In this document: piece after piece, positions 27,621 to 42,167 of the stretch | Numbering within the stretch: position 1 is the first letter of the stretch | Layout of the letters: each line of letters opens with the position of its first letter | Origin: Eledone cirrhosa | Taxonomy: Eukaryota | Assembly (NCBI GenBank): GCA_964016885.1 | Contig: OZ024749.1 | Location: 54,684,001-54,748,000, forward strand | Length of the DNA stretch: 64,000 nucleotides | Reading direction: 5' to 3' | Program-made: the position numbers and the translations under genes | Notes under the pieces: model-generated | The model's input: only the letters and a program-made list of their open reading frames with translations | Told to the model about the DNA's origin: nothing | Database searches by the model: none

Positions 27621-28123
27621 TATTCCTTGTCTTTCAATCAACCTCTAGAACCACTTTAAGTCCTGACAAGGAGAACTCAATAAAGTAAAGTAAAGAATAA
27701 ACAACAACAACAACAGCAACTACAACAACAACAACAAACATATAAACAGAAATAGACTTATTATTTACAGAGATAGAAATATTCTAATGTAGAATAATGT
27801 CGGAAATGATTTAGACGAAACTAAATGTACTTTTATCTGGAAGTCAGATTCGTGTCAAATCAATTGGAACCGCCGAAACACAAGTCTGCCACCATCTTAC
27901 TTCTTTTCTTTTTTTCATATTGACTTTTTTTGTTGGTATTTTGATATTATTTTAAATATTATTATTATTATTGTTGTTGTTGTTGATATTATTATCATCA
28001 TTATTATTGTCGCTGTTATTGTTGTTGATATTATCATGGATGTTGTTGTTGTGGTTGTAGTTGTTGCTGTTGTGGTTGTGGTTGTTGTTGATGCAGTTGT
28101 GGGTGTCGTTGTTGTTGTTCTCG

Positions 28124-28158
<35 letters not shown>

Positions 28159-28286
28159 GCTTTATTTACTTTTCTATTCGTTATTGATATATGAAATGAA
28201 ATCGTGTTGAGAAATTGTTTGTGAAGGCCACGTGATTTCATTCTATTTAAATAATTGTTCCGCTCCAGTCTTTTGTTCTTCTCTAC

Positions 28287-28352
<66 letters not shown>

Positions 28353-28484
28353 TGTATAGATGGATAAATACAAAGGCATGTATGTATGCATATATATATG
28401 TGTGTGTGTGTGTGTGTATGTATGTATATACTGACGCATCATGTACAAGAACGTATACATACACTCACACACACACACACACAC

Positions 28485-28521
<37 letters not shown>

Positions 28522-28958
28522 TACTTTTGTATACTGAAGCATCAATCTGCACGAAGTAGATATTCATACATAGTCATGAAAATGATTCGTTTTTCGTAAT
28601 AGATGTAGAAAGTTTAGAACGCCAGACAGCAAATGCCTGGAGCTATTTAGTTCCGTCTCGTTGCTTTCCAATCTCTGAATTAAAATCTGGCTCGGCATGA
28701 CTTTTTCATTCAACCATCTTCCTGAGTCAATAAAATACGTAGTATTCAATTAATATAATCTATATATCGAACTTATAATCCAATCCTACACACTGAAATG
28801 TTATGCTTATGTCAGGTATAATCTTTTTTTTTTTTTTGTTTTTTTTTCTTATATTTTTGTTTTCCGATGTTAGCAGCGGTGTTGTATCAATGAAAATAGT
28901 GAATTTGGTAATACCGTTAGCGAGTTATTACGTGTCTCGCTTTCTTTTAACTTGTTTG

Positions 28959-28994
<36 letters not shown>

Positions 28995-29705
28995 GAGAGA
29001 GAGAGAGAGAGAGAGTGAGAGAGAGAGAGAGAGAGAGAGGGAAAGAGAGAGAGAGAGAGAGAAAAGGGAAAGAGAGAGAGAGAGAGAGTTCTACATTTTT
29101 AATTTACTCCCTGAGACGTGGTTTAATAGTTTATTGAATTCAATACTACAACGTATACTTAACACGAATAAATTCAAGAACACTCCTTTCGTTGAGCGAA
29201 CTCAATTTATATTTGCTTCCAGTGTTTCAACAAAAAAACATAGGAGAATTCTGAGTTTTAACAGAAAGTAAAATTACAGAGAAAGTATCGCATAAAGTGC
29301 GGTATGATTGATGGTAGATAAAAAATGTCAAAAAAAACAAATGAATAATTAAAGTTAAACTAATTATAACTTCAAGTGGGCCATTTCTTTAAAAGATAAT
29401 TAGAAGCACGATGATAGTGATTAAAATAATCCAGGTAAATGTTTAGGGATCTCATGTTGGTGGAAATGTTTTTGGAGATAAACTATCTTTCGTCCCTGCA
29501 TAAATTGCAGATATTTGTATCCGTTTATATAGAGTTTAGACTTTTCGAGTATTTTCCATTTTATGCTAAGAGCTGCGACCCATAGATATTATCAGTAATG
29601 GGAAAGACTAATGGAAATATTGTTTCCTTGGTTCCGCTCCACTCGTTAAGCGAAGGAGGTATGGGATCTTGTTGATCGATCCCCTAAGTGTATTTCTATA
29701 CATAG

Positions 29706-29766
<61 letters not shown>

Positions 29767-30630
29767 CTATAAGGATAAGGAACAAGGATTCATCACACCA
29801 TACAACTCTCTCTCTATATATATATATATACACGCATATATCCGCATACACACGAGCAAACACACACACTCATCCGTACATAAACACACTCATATTACGT
29901 ACACGTGTGTATTTGGTTGTTTATGTTTGTACATATAAATCTTACGATAACAATGCTAAAAGTATGGTATTTTTCTGAAATAATATGGATAGACATAATT
30001 TCAATTCGTATTCATTGTTAAATTGTCGGACAATAATAGTAAACAGAGAGATTCAGTCTCTAGATCGCTGCCATTGTAAGTAGGAAACTCCATTTTACTG
30101 TATTGAAACAGGAAACAGAAATTTAAAGAAAATATAAACCTTGTTGATATTCTTAAATTCACAAACGTTATGGTTGTGATTGTGATTATTTTTCTTATTA
30201 TTGTTCACTAGTGTTATGAATGTGATTGTTGTTGTTGTTGTTGTTCTTGTTGTTCTTGTTGTTCTTGTTCTTCTTGATGTTTTTATTATTGTTATTATCA
30301 TCATCATCATCATCATCATTACTGTTGTTTTTTTGTTTTTTTTTCTGATCAAAATTATTATCATTTTCTCCCTCCCCCCTTTGTTCATTTGGCGAAGATT
30401 ATGAAGTTTCTCGCATAACACGGTCTGTTGCTCGAACACAATAACAACCTTGAGAACAACACTAGAACTACAGTAAACACTAAGATATAGAGAGAAGAGT
30501 ATTTATAATATAACAATTGTAATACTATAATAAAACACCATAAGTGGCAGAAACATCAACACTATACTAGACTTAGCGGTATTGTGTATTACACCAAACC
30601 TATACATACATACACATATACACGCATACA

Positions 30631-30704
<74 letters not shown>

Positions 30705-30709
30705 GTATA

Positions 30710-30763
<54 letters not shown>

Positions 30764-30768
30764 GTATA

Positions 30769-30815
<47 letters not shown>

Positions 30816-30871
30816 GTGTGTATGCTTTTGTTAATGAATATGTGCCAAGTGTATGTAGATATATATATGTT

Positions 30872-30917
<46 letters not shown>

Positions 30918-30929
30918 TGTATATATATG

Positions 30930-30977
<48 letters not shown>

Positions 30978-32353
30978 TAATATTCAAGTATAAACAAGAC
31001 AAACACAGACATGCAAATACACAAGTAATATATATATAAATATATATATATAAACATATATATGTATCTATCTATATTTTTAACGAATATATGTATATAT
31101 ACGTTATATATTTTCTATTTCAATAATATTTTAAAAGTATTTAGATTTATATTGATATATTCTTTTCATAATGAAGATTTAGGTGAAAGAAAAAACAAAA
31201 AAACCCCCCCAAAAAACCAAAACCTAGCCGTATCAAGGCAAAATTGGAGAACATAAGTTATTGTATTAGATTGAAAATGATCTTGTATAATGAACAATTA
31301 AGAGCTGAAGTAATTGTAATATCGCTTCTATATTGTTTCACTAACATTCCTTGTAGCTTTGCGTTTGTGCTTTGTTTTTGTTGTTATTCTTTTGGTCTTA
31401 TTTGTCTGTTTCTTTTTGTTGTTAATTTTTCGCTTTCATATTTGCATTTAATGGCAGAATATTAAAGAAGAAATTCCAAGTCTAATTAGATTTTTCCTGT
31501 CTATTGATTGCTATCGATTATTATTTTTTTCTTTTATTTTCCTACACATTGTATAATGATAATCGCACATTCTAAGCAATTAAGTCTTTAGAATACATCA
31601 CTACTATGTCAATTATATTTGTATGGTGGTGGTGGTGATGGTGGTAGTGGTGGTGGTGTGTGTTTGTATGCTATATTCACGCGCTGAAGGCAAACTCTAA
31701 TAATGAAAGAAGCCCGTAGCTTGTTTGATGGCGAGAATAATTTATCAACTATTTTGGAACATTAATCAAAATTATCATTTTTCATAAAGTTTATGATTTT
31801 GGTAATTGGCCGTGGGCATTAATCTAACATCTTGATCGGCTGATTAACAAACCTTACGATCAACGCCTCATTAAGATATATGCTGTTCTTTAACCTTTTA
31901 AGCCAAGTGTCATTTAACCTATTAAAATAACGCTATTTGCTTGGCTTCTCCGTCCTATTATATTCTCTTGTTCAAAACTTTCAAGTGGAACACTTTAAAA
32001 AAATTGTGTGCACATAATTTTGTTGAAATATCGGTGTTTTTGTTAAGAATATTTTACTGTACAAAAATACCTGCCTGGTTATAATTATACAAAAAATTGC
32101 TGCATATCTTATTATAAAGACCAATACGTGATTATTTAGACCACAAGGCGGATACCATGGCTATATAGATAGTCCACTTTACAGCATTCGCTTTCTATAT
32201 AGGACGGAATTTTCACACTACTGTGTAATATATTGATCCTGACAACCAAAAACCTATTTCCCTCCGGACACAAATTCGCTACAAAGAATGCACTTTTCTT
32301 TTTGTTGTATTAGTCTGCATTGCATAAGGCACTCTCTCTCTCTCTATATATAT

Positions 32354-32400
<47 letters not shown>

Positions 32401-32505
32401 TCACATACACACATACACACACAAGCCCCGCCCCCCAAAAAACAACACATGCACACACACACCAGTCGAGTTTCACTTCGGTTTTATTATTAGTTAGGTA
32501 AGATT

Positions 32506-32712
32506 TGTGGATTGGCATCATTTGGACACAATGCTTCGAGGCATAAAGTTCCACCCCTATATGTCGTGAGTTCAAATCCTGCTGAGGTTAGCTTTGCCTT
32601 TCATTTTCACGGGGCCGATAAAATAAAGTACCAGTAAGACACTGAGGTAGATTTAATCGACTTCCTCTCCCCCAAATCGTTAGCCTTGTACCTAAATCAG
32701 AAACTATTATTA
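32506..32712 (+). mobile_element. SINE S1 (long-tail variant)
   Basis: gagttcaaatcctgctgaggttagctttgcctttcat...gataaaataaagtaccagt...aatcagaaactattatt. Confidence 0.88.
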
Positions 32713-33060
32713 ATGAGATAAATAGCCTGTTCTTCGGTTGCTTTAGTAATCGGGTTGATATTTCATTTTCAAAGATATGTCATCGAATATACTGTGACAT
32801 TCTTAAACCACTATTTTAACCCTTTGTGTCTACTCTTCATTTTTTATTTTATTCTACTTTCTTCATCTTGTCTTTCTGTGGATCACAAACGGTTTTTGAA
32901 ATTGACACAAGACCGTACATTTTGTGATGACGAAAACTATACTGGAATACATATACAATGTTATTTTCAGGACCATTATACTTTTTTGTTTCAGGAAGGA
33001 TAAAAGACAAATTTGACCTTAGTGTCATTTTATGTTGATTTTGTTTAGTGCATTTCATTT

Positions 33061-33220
33061 CTGGTCAAACAGACCTAGGATCAAAGTCATTCGAGCCATC
33101 AACATCTCTTTTCCTTTTATTCAAGGAACTTAGTATCTCAATATCCATCGCAATCTTTATAGGTGTAGGTTGTAATTTAAAGGAGATTTAGGCGTTATTT
33201 AGAGCAGGCCAAGTGTCACA
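33061..33220 (+). repeat. old dispersed repeat family R
   Basis: Shares segments with 10640-10712 and the agatttggctNNtatttctagca motif at 47799, 39287 and 58131. Confidence 0.5.
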
Positions 33221-34047
33221 AATATCTCATAAGACTGTAAAGGAATGTTCGTAAAATATGACGTAAGGGGCCTTTTGACCGCCGTTTCAACTTCTTTCCT
33301 TATCCATCCACCGACTTCTATAATTTGTTTATTAAGTCTAGTTTCATTGCTAGACAAATAGTGTGTCCACAGTTCAGATAAACGAGGATATTAACAAGAC
33401 TGGTAGATATGTCTTCGTTATTCATAGATAACTGTCTTAACTTAACAATTTGACTCTGGTTTTCAAAATTGCTTGAGAATACTACTCTTGCAACGTCTAC
33501 TTATATCTGACAAAGGAGACATCGTTAATCATCAGACATTAGTGACAATGCTCCACCACAAATGATTTACCATTGACAAGCAACTATCGTAAATGTTTTC
33601 ATATTAACTACCAGCTAGCATTGATAGTTTGGCATTGATCTTTAGCATTAATTGTTTTTGAAACTAGCCACTGCATTGTATTAACGGTTTGACACTGACC
33701 AGCACCTATGTTTAATTAATGGGTGTAAACTCTCTAAGTAGGGCCAAAAGCTATGACGTGTTACACGTCTACTCAATTCTAATTTTCTATTGGACGTGAG
33801 AATACAATAAATCTTCCAGTTTACAAATAGGTTTTGCATTCAGTTCCGTCGTATCTTCCTGTATGTTATATATATATATATATAGTATAGAAAGTCACAA
33901 TTGGCTATCATTAGTGTTTTGATATTACTACAGGATTCTCCAATACACACACACACACACACACATATATATACTATATATATATATACATACATCTATA
34001 TATGCATACACCTACACACACACCCATATATATATATATATATATAT

Positions 34048-34137
34048 GTAAAAGGTAAACAGAAATAACAACACAATCGGTACAGTATATGGAAGGGATA
34101 TATTAGGTTAACGCTTGATATAGCAGAAAGAGTGTCT
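34048..34137 (-). mobile_element. family H2 3' fragment
   Basis: Near-identical to 9566-9655; stops just short of the HHR; in (TA)n. Confidence 0.85.
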
Positions 34138-34563
34138 ATATATATATTATAACTGTAATTATTTTAAATTCAATTCATACCTCTATAACTCTTATAAGTC
34201 ACTATTCTCGTCACAAGATTGAATTCCGATCAATTCCTTCTGTATACCGCTGCAGTAGTAAGGTGTAAAAGGTTTGAACACACTGTAACTATATTAAGAT
34301 ATCTATCGTGTTCCATGGTAAAGATTTGGCGTCATGATTATGTGCAATGATTAGAAGTCTTCTGTCATTCATCACAATGTTAGAGTTCTGTGATGAACAT
34401 TCCAGATGCTTCTTTTTTTTGGGGGGGGGGGGGGGGTTGTTAATTTAAATAATTTAACTTTTCTATTGGGAATATAAAATGGTGGAGTTACCTAAATTTG
34501 GAGAATTCTTCTAATCTCTGAAATATGGGCCAACGAGACGTTTTCGAATCAGCTAACTGAAGA

Positions 34564-34594
<31 letters not shown>

Positions 34595-34698
34595 CACACA
34601 TACACACACACATACAGACACATACTCACAGATACACAGACACACTCAAACACACACACACACACACACGCACCCACAAATATATACATACATACATA

Positions 34699-34890
34699 GT
34701 GAAGGTGCGTAGGTTTGTGATTTGGGTATTTGTTTAACAATCGTAAGGTCGAGAGTTCGATTCCGGGCGATGCGCTATGTCCTTGAGCAAGACATTTTAT
34801 TGCACGTTGCTTCAGTCCACTCAGCTAGCAAAAATGTGTTGTACCTGTAATCCGAAGGGCCAGAATTGTCACATTCTGTCTCACGCTGGA
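34699..34890 (+). mobile_element. tRNA-derived CORE-like SINE (family S2; resembles octopus OR-type SINEs)
   Basis: B box gttcgattcc at 34755 followed by tgtccttgagcaagaca...ccactcagct...aaaatg, a CORE-domain-like motif. Confidence 0.75.
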
Positions 34891-34892
34891 GT

Positions 34893-34963
34893 CGAACTCA
34901 GAGCGTAAAGGATAACAACTCTATGCCATATAGCATGGTGCCCGTCGCTCTACCTATATTGTC
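34893..34963 (-). mobile_element. SINE S1 5' fragment
   Basis: gaactcagagcgtaaagg...agcatggtgcccgtcgctctacctatattgtcaa matches the reverse-complement head. Confidence 0.7.
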
Positions 34964-35016
34964 AACAATGATAATGATAGCAACAATAACAACAACACCA
35001 ACAATAATAATAATAA

Positions 35017-35200
35017 TGTTTCTACTCTTGGTACAAGGCCAGCAATTATTCCAGTGCATTACTGGTACTTTATTGTATTGACCCCGTAAAGATGAAAAAC
35101 AAAGTTAATCTCGGCGAGATTTGAACTCAGAATAACAAGGGCCGTAACTCTATGCATCAAAGCATGGCTTCCGACCCTCTACCGATACTGCCAATTCACC
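35017..35200 (-). mobile_element. full-length SINE S1
   Basis: Reverse complement of S1 with (aat)n tail. Confidence 0.9.
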
Positions 35201-35210
35201 GTAATAATAA

Positions 35211-35572
35211 TTGTTTCTACTTTAGGCACAAGGCCAGCAATTACCCAGTGTATTACTGGTACTTTATTTTATCGACCCCGTAAGGATGAAAGGCAAAGTC
35301 AACCTCGGTGGGATTTGAACTCAGATCGTAAAGGGACGTAACTATGCTGGAAAGCATGGCGTCCGACCCTCTACCGATACTGTCAATCCACCACCCCAGC
35401 ATGGTGTCCGACCCTCTACTGATACTGCCAATCCACCACCCCAGCATGGTGTCCGACCCACTACTGATACTGCCAATCCACCACCCCAGCATGGTGTCCG
35501 ACCCTCTACTGATACTGCCAATCCACCACCCCAGCATGGTGTCCGACCCTCTACTGATACTGCCAATCCACC
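35211..35572 (-). mobile_element. SINE S1 with five tandem copies of its 45-bp head
   Basis: Unit agcatggtgtccgaccctctactgatactgccaatccaccacccc starts at 35353, 35398, 35443, 35488, 35533. Confidence 0.92.
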
Positions 35573-36281
35573 GTAATAATAATAATAATCCGTTACCTTT
35601 GGAAGAAATTTCATTAGTTGATTCTTTAACTGAACCGATGTTATAATATAAGACGTCAACAGAAGAATTATTTCCTATAGAAAAATTTCCATTTATCGAA
35701 ACTTTAAAAAACAACAACAACAAACAAAACGAGGAAAAAGAAAACAATGCAAAATATATCATCGATAACAATTTCTTTAAAAAAAATGAAAACAAAAAAC
35801 AAACGAAGAAAAAAAAGTCCAAAACAAAGCAACACCTGAATAAAAACCCAGATAAATATAAAATAAAATACGTCAATTTTTGTAATTATTGTAAAACGTG
35901 GAAAAAACAACATAAAATATAACAGACCAATGAATCAATAATATTTTGTTGGAGTGGCGTGGGTGGTGGTGGGGTTGGGGTGAGGATAAGGTAGGGTAGG
36001 GGGTTTCTAATTTAAATATCCTGTCAAACAATATTCATTTTGATTCGTGAGTTTTAAATTAAATCGAATAACAAGGAGGAATGTCAAGGGAGCGGAATTA
36101 TTCCTCAGCTCCCCACCCCTCGCCCCGACCCCGCCACATGTTGAGAGATAGTATTGTAGTATTGTAATATACTAGCAGTGTAGCCGTGTGGGCAATGGTG
36201 TCGTAGTAGGGAGTGGTGGAATTAACATTGGTTTTGTGTTATACACCTACACACATATATATACACTGCATATATATATGT

Positions 36282-36338
<57 letters not shown>

Positions 36339-36452
36339 TGCATATGTATATGAATGTAAATACATATACATATATATATGTGTGTAAATACATATACATA
36401 TATATGTATGTATATACATATATATATGTATGTATGCATTTATATATGTGTG

Positions 36453-36499
<47 letters not shown>

Positions 36500-36552
36500 T
36501 CACACACATATATAAATGCATACATATATGTATATGCCTTTATATATGTGTG

Positions 36553-36593
<41 letters not shown>

Positions 36594-38741
36594 CATGAAT
36601 GTCTTTCATTAGTAATTGTTGAAAATTGTAGCAATTTTGAAACATTCAATCGATTTTATTTCTTTGGAAATATTTTATTAGTATTTTCATAATAGATTTT
36701 TGTATATAATGTCAATATATCATTATGTCATTCGATTACATTCGATTACGTTGATGAATACTTACATAATTGGTGACAAACACATCTACTGACACATTGT
36801 ATCATAAATATTGTGTTTGTTAGCTTATTTTTATTGTTTATAAAACTGTCAAGCAAGCAATATCTACTCGTAGAAAATCTCGTTGGTTCAATATATACTT
36901 ACGTACCATTGTCTAACCTTTTTCTCCAGGAATTTAGAAACGGAGATCTTCAGTGGAGTTTCTTTGTAATTATGTATTCATATAAACGTCGTACTTTCCA
37001 TCCTTGTTATTCTCACTTTCTAGCTTCCAATCTGTTACTTGCTCCTAACGTATATAGTATAATCTCAAGGGAGATTACTCCAGTATACACTTATAGAACG
37101 TAATATTTATCAACGTTTTACTTGCTTATTTTAAGGAAATACGATAATTATCCGGTTTTTAATTGAAATTTATCCGGTTATATTTTGAAAAAAAAAAATG
37201 TGTATTTATATTATAAACAACGGTTTTTCTTTTCCAAATAAGGTACTAGATACATGAGTAGACAACATTCATATTTATTTTATGTCAAGTCATTTATATA
37301 TATATATTGGTCATTATCCCCAATTTTCCAGGCCTTAATTTATCTGGGGCTATGTTAGAAGGCATTTGACAAATACGTGATCTCATGTCTGCTAAGTATA
37401 TAATTCTTAACTATAGAAACAATTGTAAAAGTCTGGTGAGATTCTGTACAATGACTAAATACAATGTTATGATAATTTGGTAACGTCGGATCTTAGACAA
37501 AGAAGTTTTCTAGTGACTCAATGAGAAACTGAAGCCAAACTTTAGTATGTCTTAGTTTAGGTTATAGTTTAGTTTATCCGGCAAGATCACTGCGTGAATA
37601 ATGAAGGGAAGTCGTTAAATAATGAGACAAATACATAAATACATAGACGAATATAAATAAATAATATATTTGGAAGTACATCAGAGGAAAACGAAGAATA
37701 AGTGATAGAGTAAAACAATGATTGGCATCAGTTCACATGGTTTTCAAAATATGAACTTTAAAGATAGCTTTGTGTCGAGAAATACATAAGAAAGAAAATA
37801 GTAAAACGGAAAGTTTTGACGGACTCTGAAAGCATCTTATAAATTGTTGGATGTCAGCCAGTCTAGCTTTGTTATTAGTCAAACTAACCTGTTTGACATT
37901 AGCGTAACTCTCTGCAGCAAATTAACTTCAAACTCGAAACTCTAATATACTATATATCTGCAGCCACCAAAATGACCTAATGTCAAAAATCAAATAGGCT
38001 ACTAACTGACCAAACGAACGTTTTGATGAAGAAAAACAAAGACGAAAGAAGAAGTAAAATACATTTAAAAAAATAACAATAATAAATAAAATAAAAGTAC
38101 AAAAACAAAAAAAGAAAAACAACGAAAAAATACAAAATACAAGTCTAATCAGATAAAATCATTTTGATGAATGAAAAGAAGAAGAAATTTAACTGTGAGA
38201 GCTCTGATAAGGAAGGAACAATGATATGAATATTATTTTAGGTGGACAAACAATCGTAGATGATTGCTAGCACTAAACTAACAATAGAAAGCAGATAGTG
38301 CTATCTTAACATTACATTCCATTCTTTGAATGTTCTCTTTTACTTTTCCCATGACTGTTGTGTTGAAATTATCTGCTTGTCTGTAAAAACGGTTTCAGAT
38401 TTTAAAACTTGTGGTAGACGCTTTAAACCTGATGAAAAATGAAAGGAAAAGGAAACACGCCACTCTAAGAATCTGGTCTTTTGAATAAAATAACAACAAA
38501 TAGATATACAAACAATTGTATAAATAATGATTTCTGTCATGAGCACACAGCTAGGGATGTTGAGGAAAGGGTTGAATTATATTATCTTCAGTATTTGATT
38601 GATACACGTTTTAGCAAATCTGAAAAGAAAATAGACATAATAGAAGGTTGCCAGATTTAAATTTAAACAGTAAATGCCCCAAGGGTCCAGATTCATCACC
38701 ATTCTCCACATTCTGCTATTCCTTTCTCTCTTAATAAAAAT

Positions 38742-38968
38742 CATTTCTGGGGGCGGTGGTAAAGAAATGATTTCTGAGAGGTGGTAAAGAAATGGTTTTT
38801 GAGGGTGGTGGTAAAGAAATGGTTTTTGAGGGTGGTGGTAAAGAAATGGTTTTTGAGGGTGGTGGTAAAGAAATGGTTCCTGAGGGGTGGTGGTAAAGAA
38901 ATGGTTTTTGAGGGTGGTGGTAAAGAAATGGTTTCTGAGGGGTGGTGGTAAAAAAGTAATTTCTGAGA
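38742..38968. repeat. 27-bp minisatellite
   Basis: About 8 units of gagggtggtggtaaagaaatggttttt. Confidence 0.93.
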
Positions 38969-39044
38969 GATAGTGTTTTGGTAGAAAAGGTAAAGCGTCT
39001 GACAAAATACATTTGTGATATATGTACATAATATATTACATGCT

Positions 39045-39127
39045 AAGTTTAAATCTCGCCACGGTCATATTTGTCTTTTATTCTTCTGAGGCTCTATACA
39101 AATAAAGTACCAGTCAAATACTGGGGG
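39045..39127 (+). mobile_element. SINE S1 remnant
   Basis: agtttaaatctcgcc...aaataaagtaccagtcaaatactgggg. Confidence 0.65.
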
Positions 39128-39476
39128 TGGGGTGTTATCGAGTGGACAAACCTCCTACAAACATTACTCGTTGAGTATCTATGGTAAAAATCAATGAAAA
39201 GGAGAGACACACCAACGGATATTTCAGAGAAAGACAGAGTAGAGTAAAGAGATGTACCTCAACATTACGTCCACGAAGGCTAAGTGAGGGATATCTGACT
39301 ACTATTTCTAGCAGATCCATTTACCATCTATATGTCTCTTTCGCTGGATATAAGATATAGTTGTTTAGACCCCAGATTTACCGTGATAAATTTGACCCCC
39401 GATTACCTGCGTTCCATGTAGGAACAGTTCGTCTTATTTTCAGACAATATATATTCACATATGCATATATATATAT

Positions 39477-39567
<91 letters not shown>

Positions 39568-39570
<3 letters not shown>

Positions 39571-39637
39571 TAAAATAACAGATTAAAGTTTAAGCAAAGA
39601 ATCGCTGCTTTCACCCTTAACGGGATCTTCTGAAACT
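39568..39637 (-). mobile_element. family H4 copy
   Basis: Reverse complement of 24390-24459, abutting (TA)n. Confidence 0.82.
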
Positions 39638-40337
39638 AAAAAAACCAATCTGTGAACGCAGAAGTAAATATTTCAAAAAATGTTGCAACCGAAGGAAGAC
39701 AGGAAGACGATACTTTGGTTCATGGAAACCTTCCCTGGTAAAGAACGGAAAAAAAAAACATATACATACATAAATATACACACATATATATACACACACA
39801 CACATACATATACATACGTATATGCATTTGAATAGGTAAGTAAATTGCGCTGCTGTGTGTCCGTAGGCAGCCAACATCCTTTCCTTCCAACATCACCATT
39901 TACAAAGGGACACTTTCTTCTACATCATTATAATGTTTAAGAGGGAGTTTGTCTTATATTGGTTGTTGGTTGTGATTGAACTTCTCTCTTTTCTTTACTT
40001 TACTGAGAAGAAAAGGAAACGAACCGAGCATTCACGTACACATACATACATAGATATACGCACACACACACAAAAACATAGACACATGTACATAAATACA
40101 TACACAGATATACACATTCATATATATATAAATAAATAAATAAATATATATATATATATGTATATATATGTATATATATGTATATATATGTATATATATA
40201 TACATATATATATGTATATATATATATATGTATGTATATATATAAATATATGTATATATACACATATAAACACAAACACACAATGATAAAGACACACACA
40301 CACACATACACAGACATGCACACTCACATACATTGAT

Positions 40338-40368
<31 letters not shown>

Positions 40369-40672
40369 CACACATCCAAAGATAAACCCACGCTTATACA
40401 CAAACTAACACAGATTTCTGATGGATAATCGTGCCCCGGTGCATTATGTTCCGTACAAACGACAGGTTCCTGTTGTTGCACGTTTATTATGCAGTTGCAT
40501 ATGCACGTTCAGGATGACAATGATGCTTTCTGCATGCTAAACAAATTGCGCATATGTAGACCCCCCCCCCCCACACACACATATATATATATATATTATA
40601 TACATGAACATACATATGTAAACACAGACATACACACTTAAATTGACAGTAACAATAGAGGGAGAGAGAGAA

Positions 40673-40730
<58 letters not shown>

Positions 40731-41152
40731 GTATACAATGAGAGGGGGGGGGGAGTAGCATTATAGATATACATACATATGCGAGTGTATGTATATGTAT
40801 ATATAAATGTACACATTTACATAGGCATATATACAGACGTATATGTATGCATGTATATATGCATATACACATACACGCTTATATACACACACACACATAT
40901 ATATATATAAATAAATACACACACATTTATATATATATATATATATATAGATGTAGATATATAGATGTAGATATATATATATACATACACACACATATAT
41001 CTACATGTATATATACATGCATACATATATTTGCATGCATAATGATACAGAATTATAGATAATTACATAATTCTACGAAACAAATACCCTCCGACACGTA
41101 AGAACATATAAACATAGCCAATTATCAGTTGATACATGTAGAGTAAAGTACT

Positions 41153-41463
41153 CACCACCACCACCACTAACAACAACTACACCACCACCACCACTGACAA
41201 CACCTACACCACCACCACTAACACCACCACCACCACCACCACCATCACCACCACCACCAACAACAACTACACCACCACCACCACCACCATCACCACCACC
41301 ACCTACACCACCACCACCACCACCACCACCATCACCACCACCAACAACAACAACTACACCATCACCACCACCATCACCACCACCACCAACAACACCTACA
41401 CCACCACCACCACCACCACCACCATCACCACCACCAACAACAACAACTACACCATCACCATCA
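41153..41463. repeat. (CCA/ACA)n mosaic
   Basis: Direct reading; gives the Gly/Val ORF. Confidence 0.93.
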
Positions 41464-42011
41464 TACGCTGGCAAACCTATATATATATATATATATATAT
41501 GTATATAGAAGCATACACACATTTACCATATACGTATCTCTACGACATGGTTATACAATACACACAAACACATACAGACACAGCACACATCTATTATACA
41601 CATACATCTACTACACACACACACACATCTACTACACGCACATCTACTACACACACATCTCTAACAAACGCATCTAAAAACATGCATATCTACAAGACAA
41701 GCACATCTAGAGAACACTCATCTACATCACACACACATATCTACAACATACACACACATCTACAACATACACACGTACATACACACACACACACACAACT
41801 GGAGCGCAAACACACACACACACACACACAACTGGAGCACACACACACACACATAATGAGATGAAAGTTTAGTGGTTGTCATCAGTTAGATTGTAACCTT
41901 GTGGGACGTGAGATCCATTATTTGTAATTGATGTTATTGAGAGGAAATAACCTGGAACTGCGTCTATTATCTCTCTCTCTCTCTCTGGTGATAGAGAGAG
42001 GGAGAGAGAGA

Positions 42012-42054
<43 letters not shown>

Positions 42055-42111
42055 AGAGAGTAAGAGAAAGGGAAAAAGAATGAGAGTTTGAAATACAAAG
42101 AGTATTGTAGG

Positions 42112-42162
<51 letters not shown>

Positions 42163-42167
<5 letters not shown>

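Noticed and set aside
27189-27659. Poly-His ORF (also poly-Q 18677-18868, T/P-rich 12791-13558, Gly-rich 41073-41522)
   Set aside because: Trinucleotide repeat artefacts without splice or domain support
33468-33482. 15-nt match to miR-137 (attgcttgagaatac)
   Set aside because: Seed end and 3' end differ and there is no complementary star arm
35353-35572. CRISPR-like array or repeat-protein ORF
   Set aside because: No unique spacers; the unit is the SINE 5' end; eukaryotic context. The same applies to the 27-bp and 58-bp arrays.
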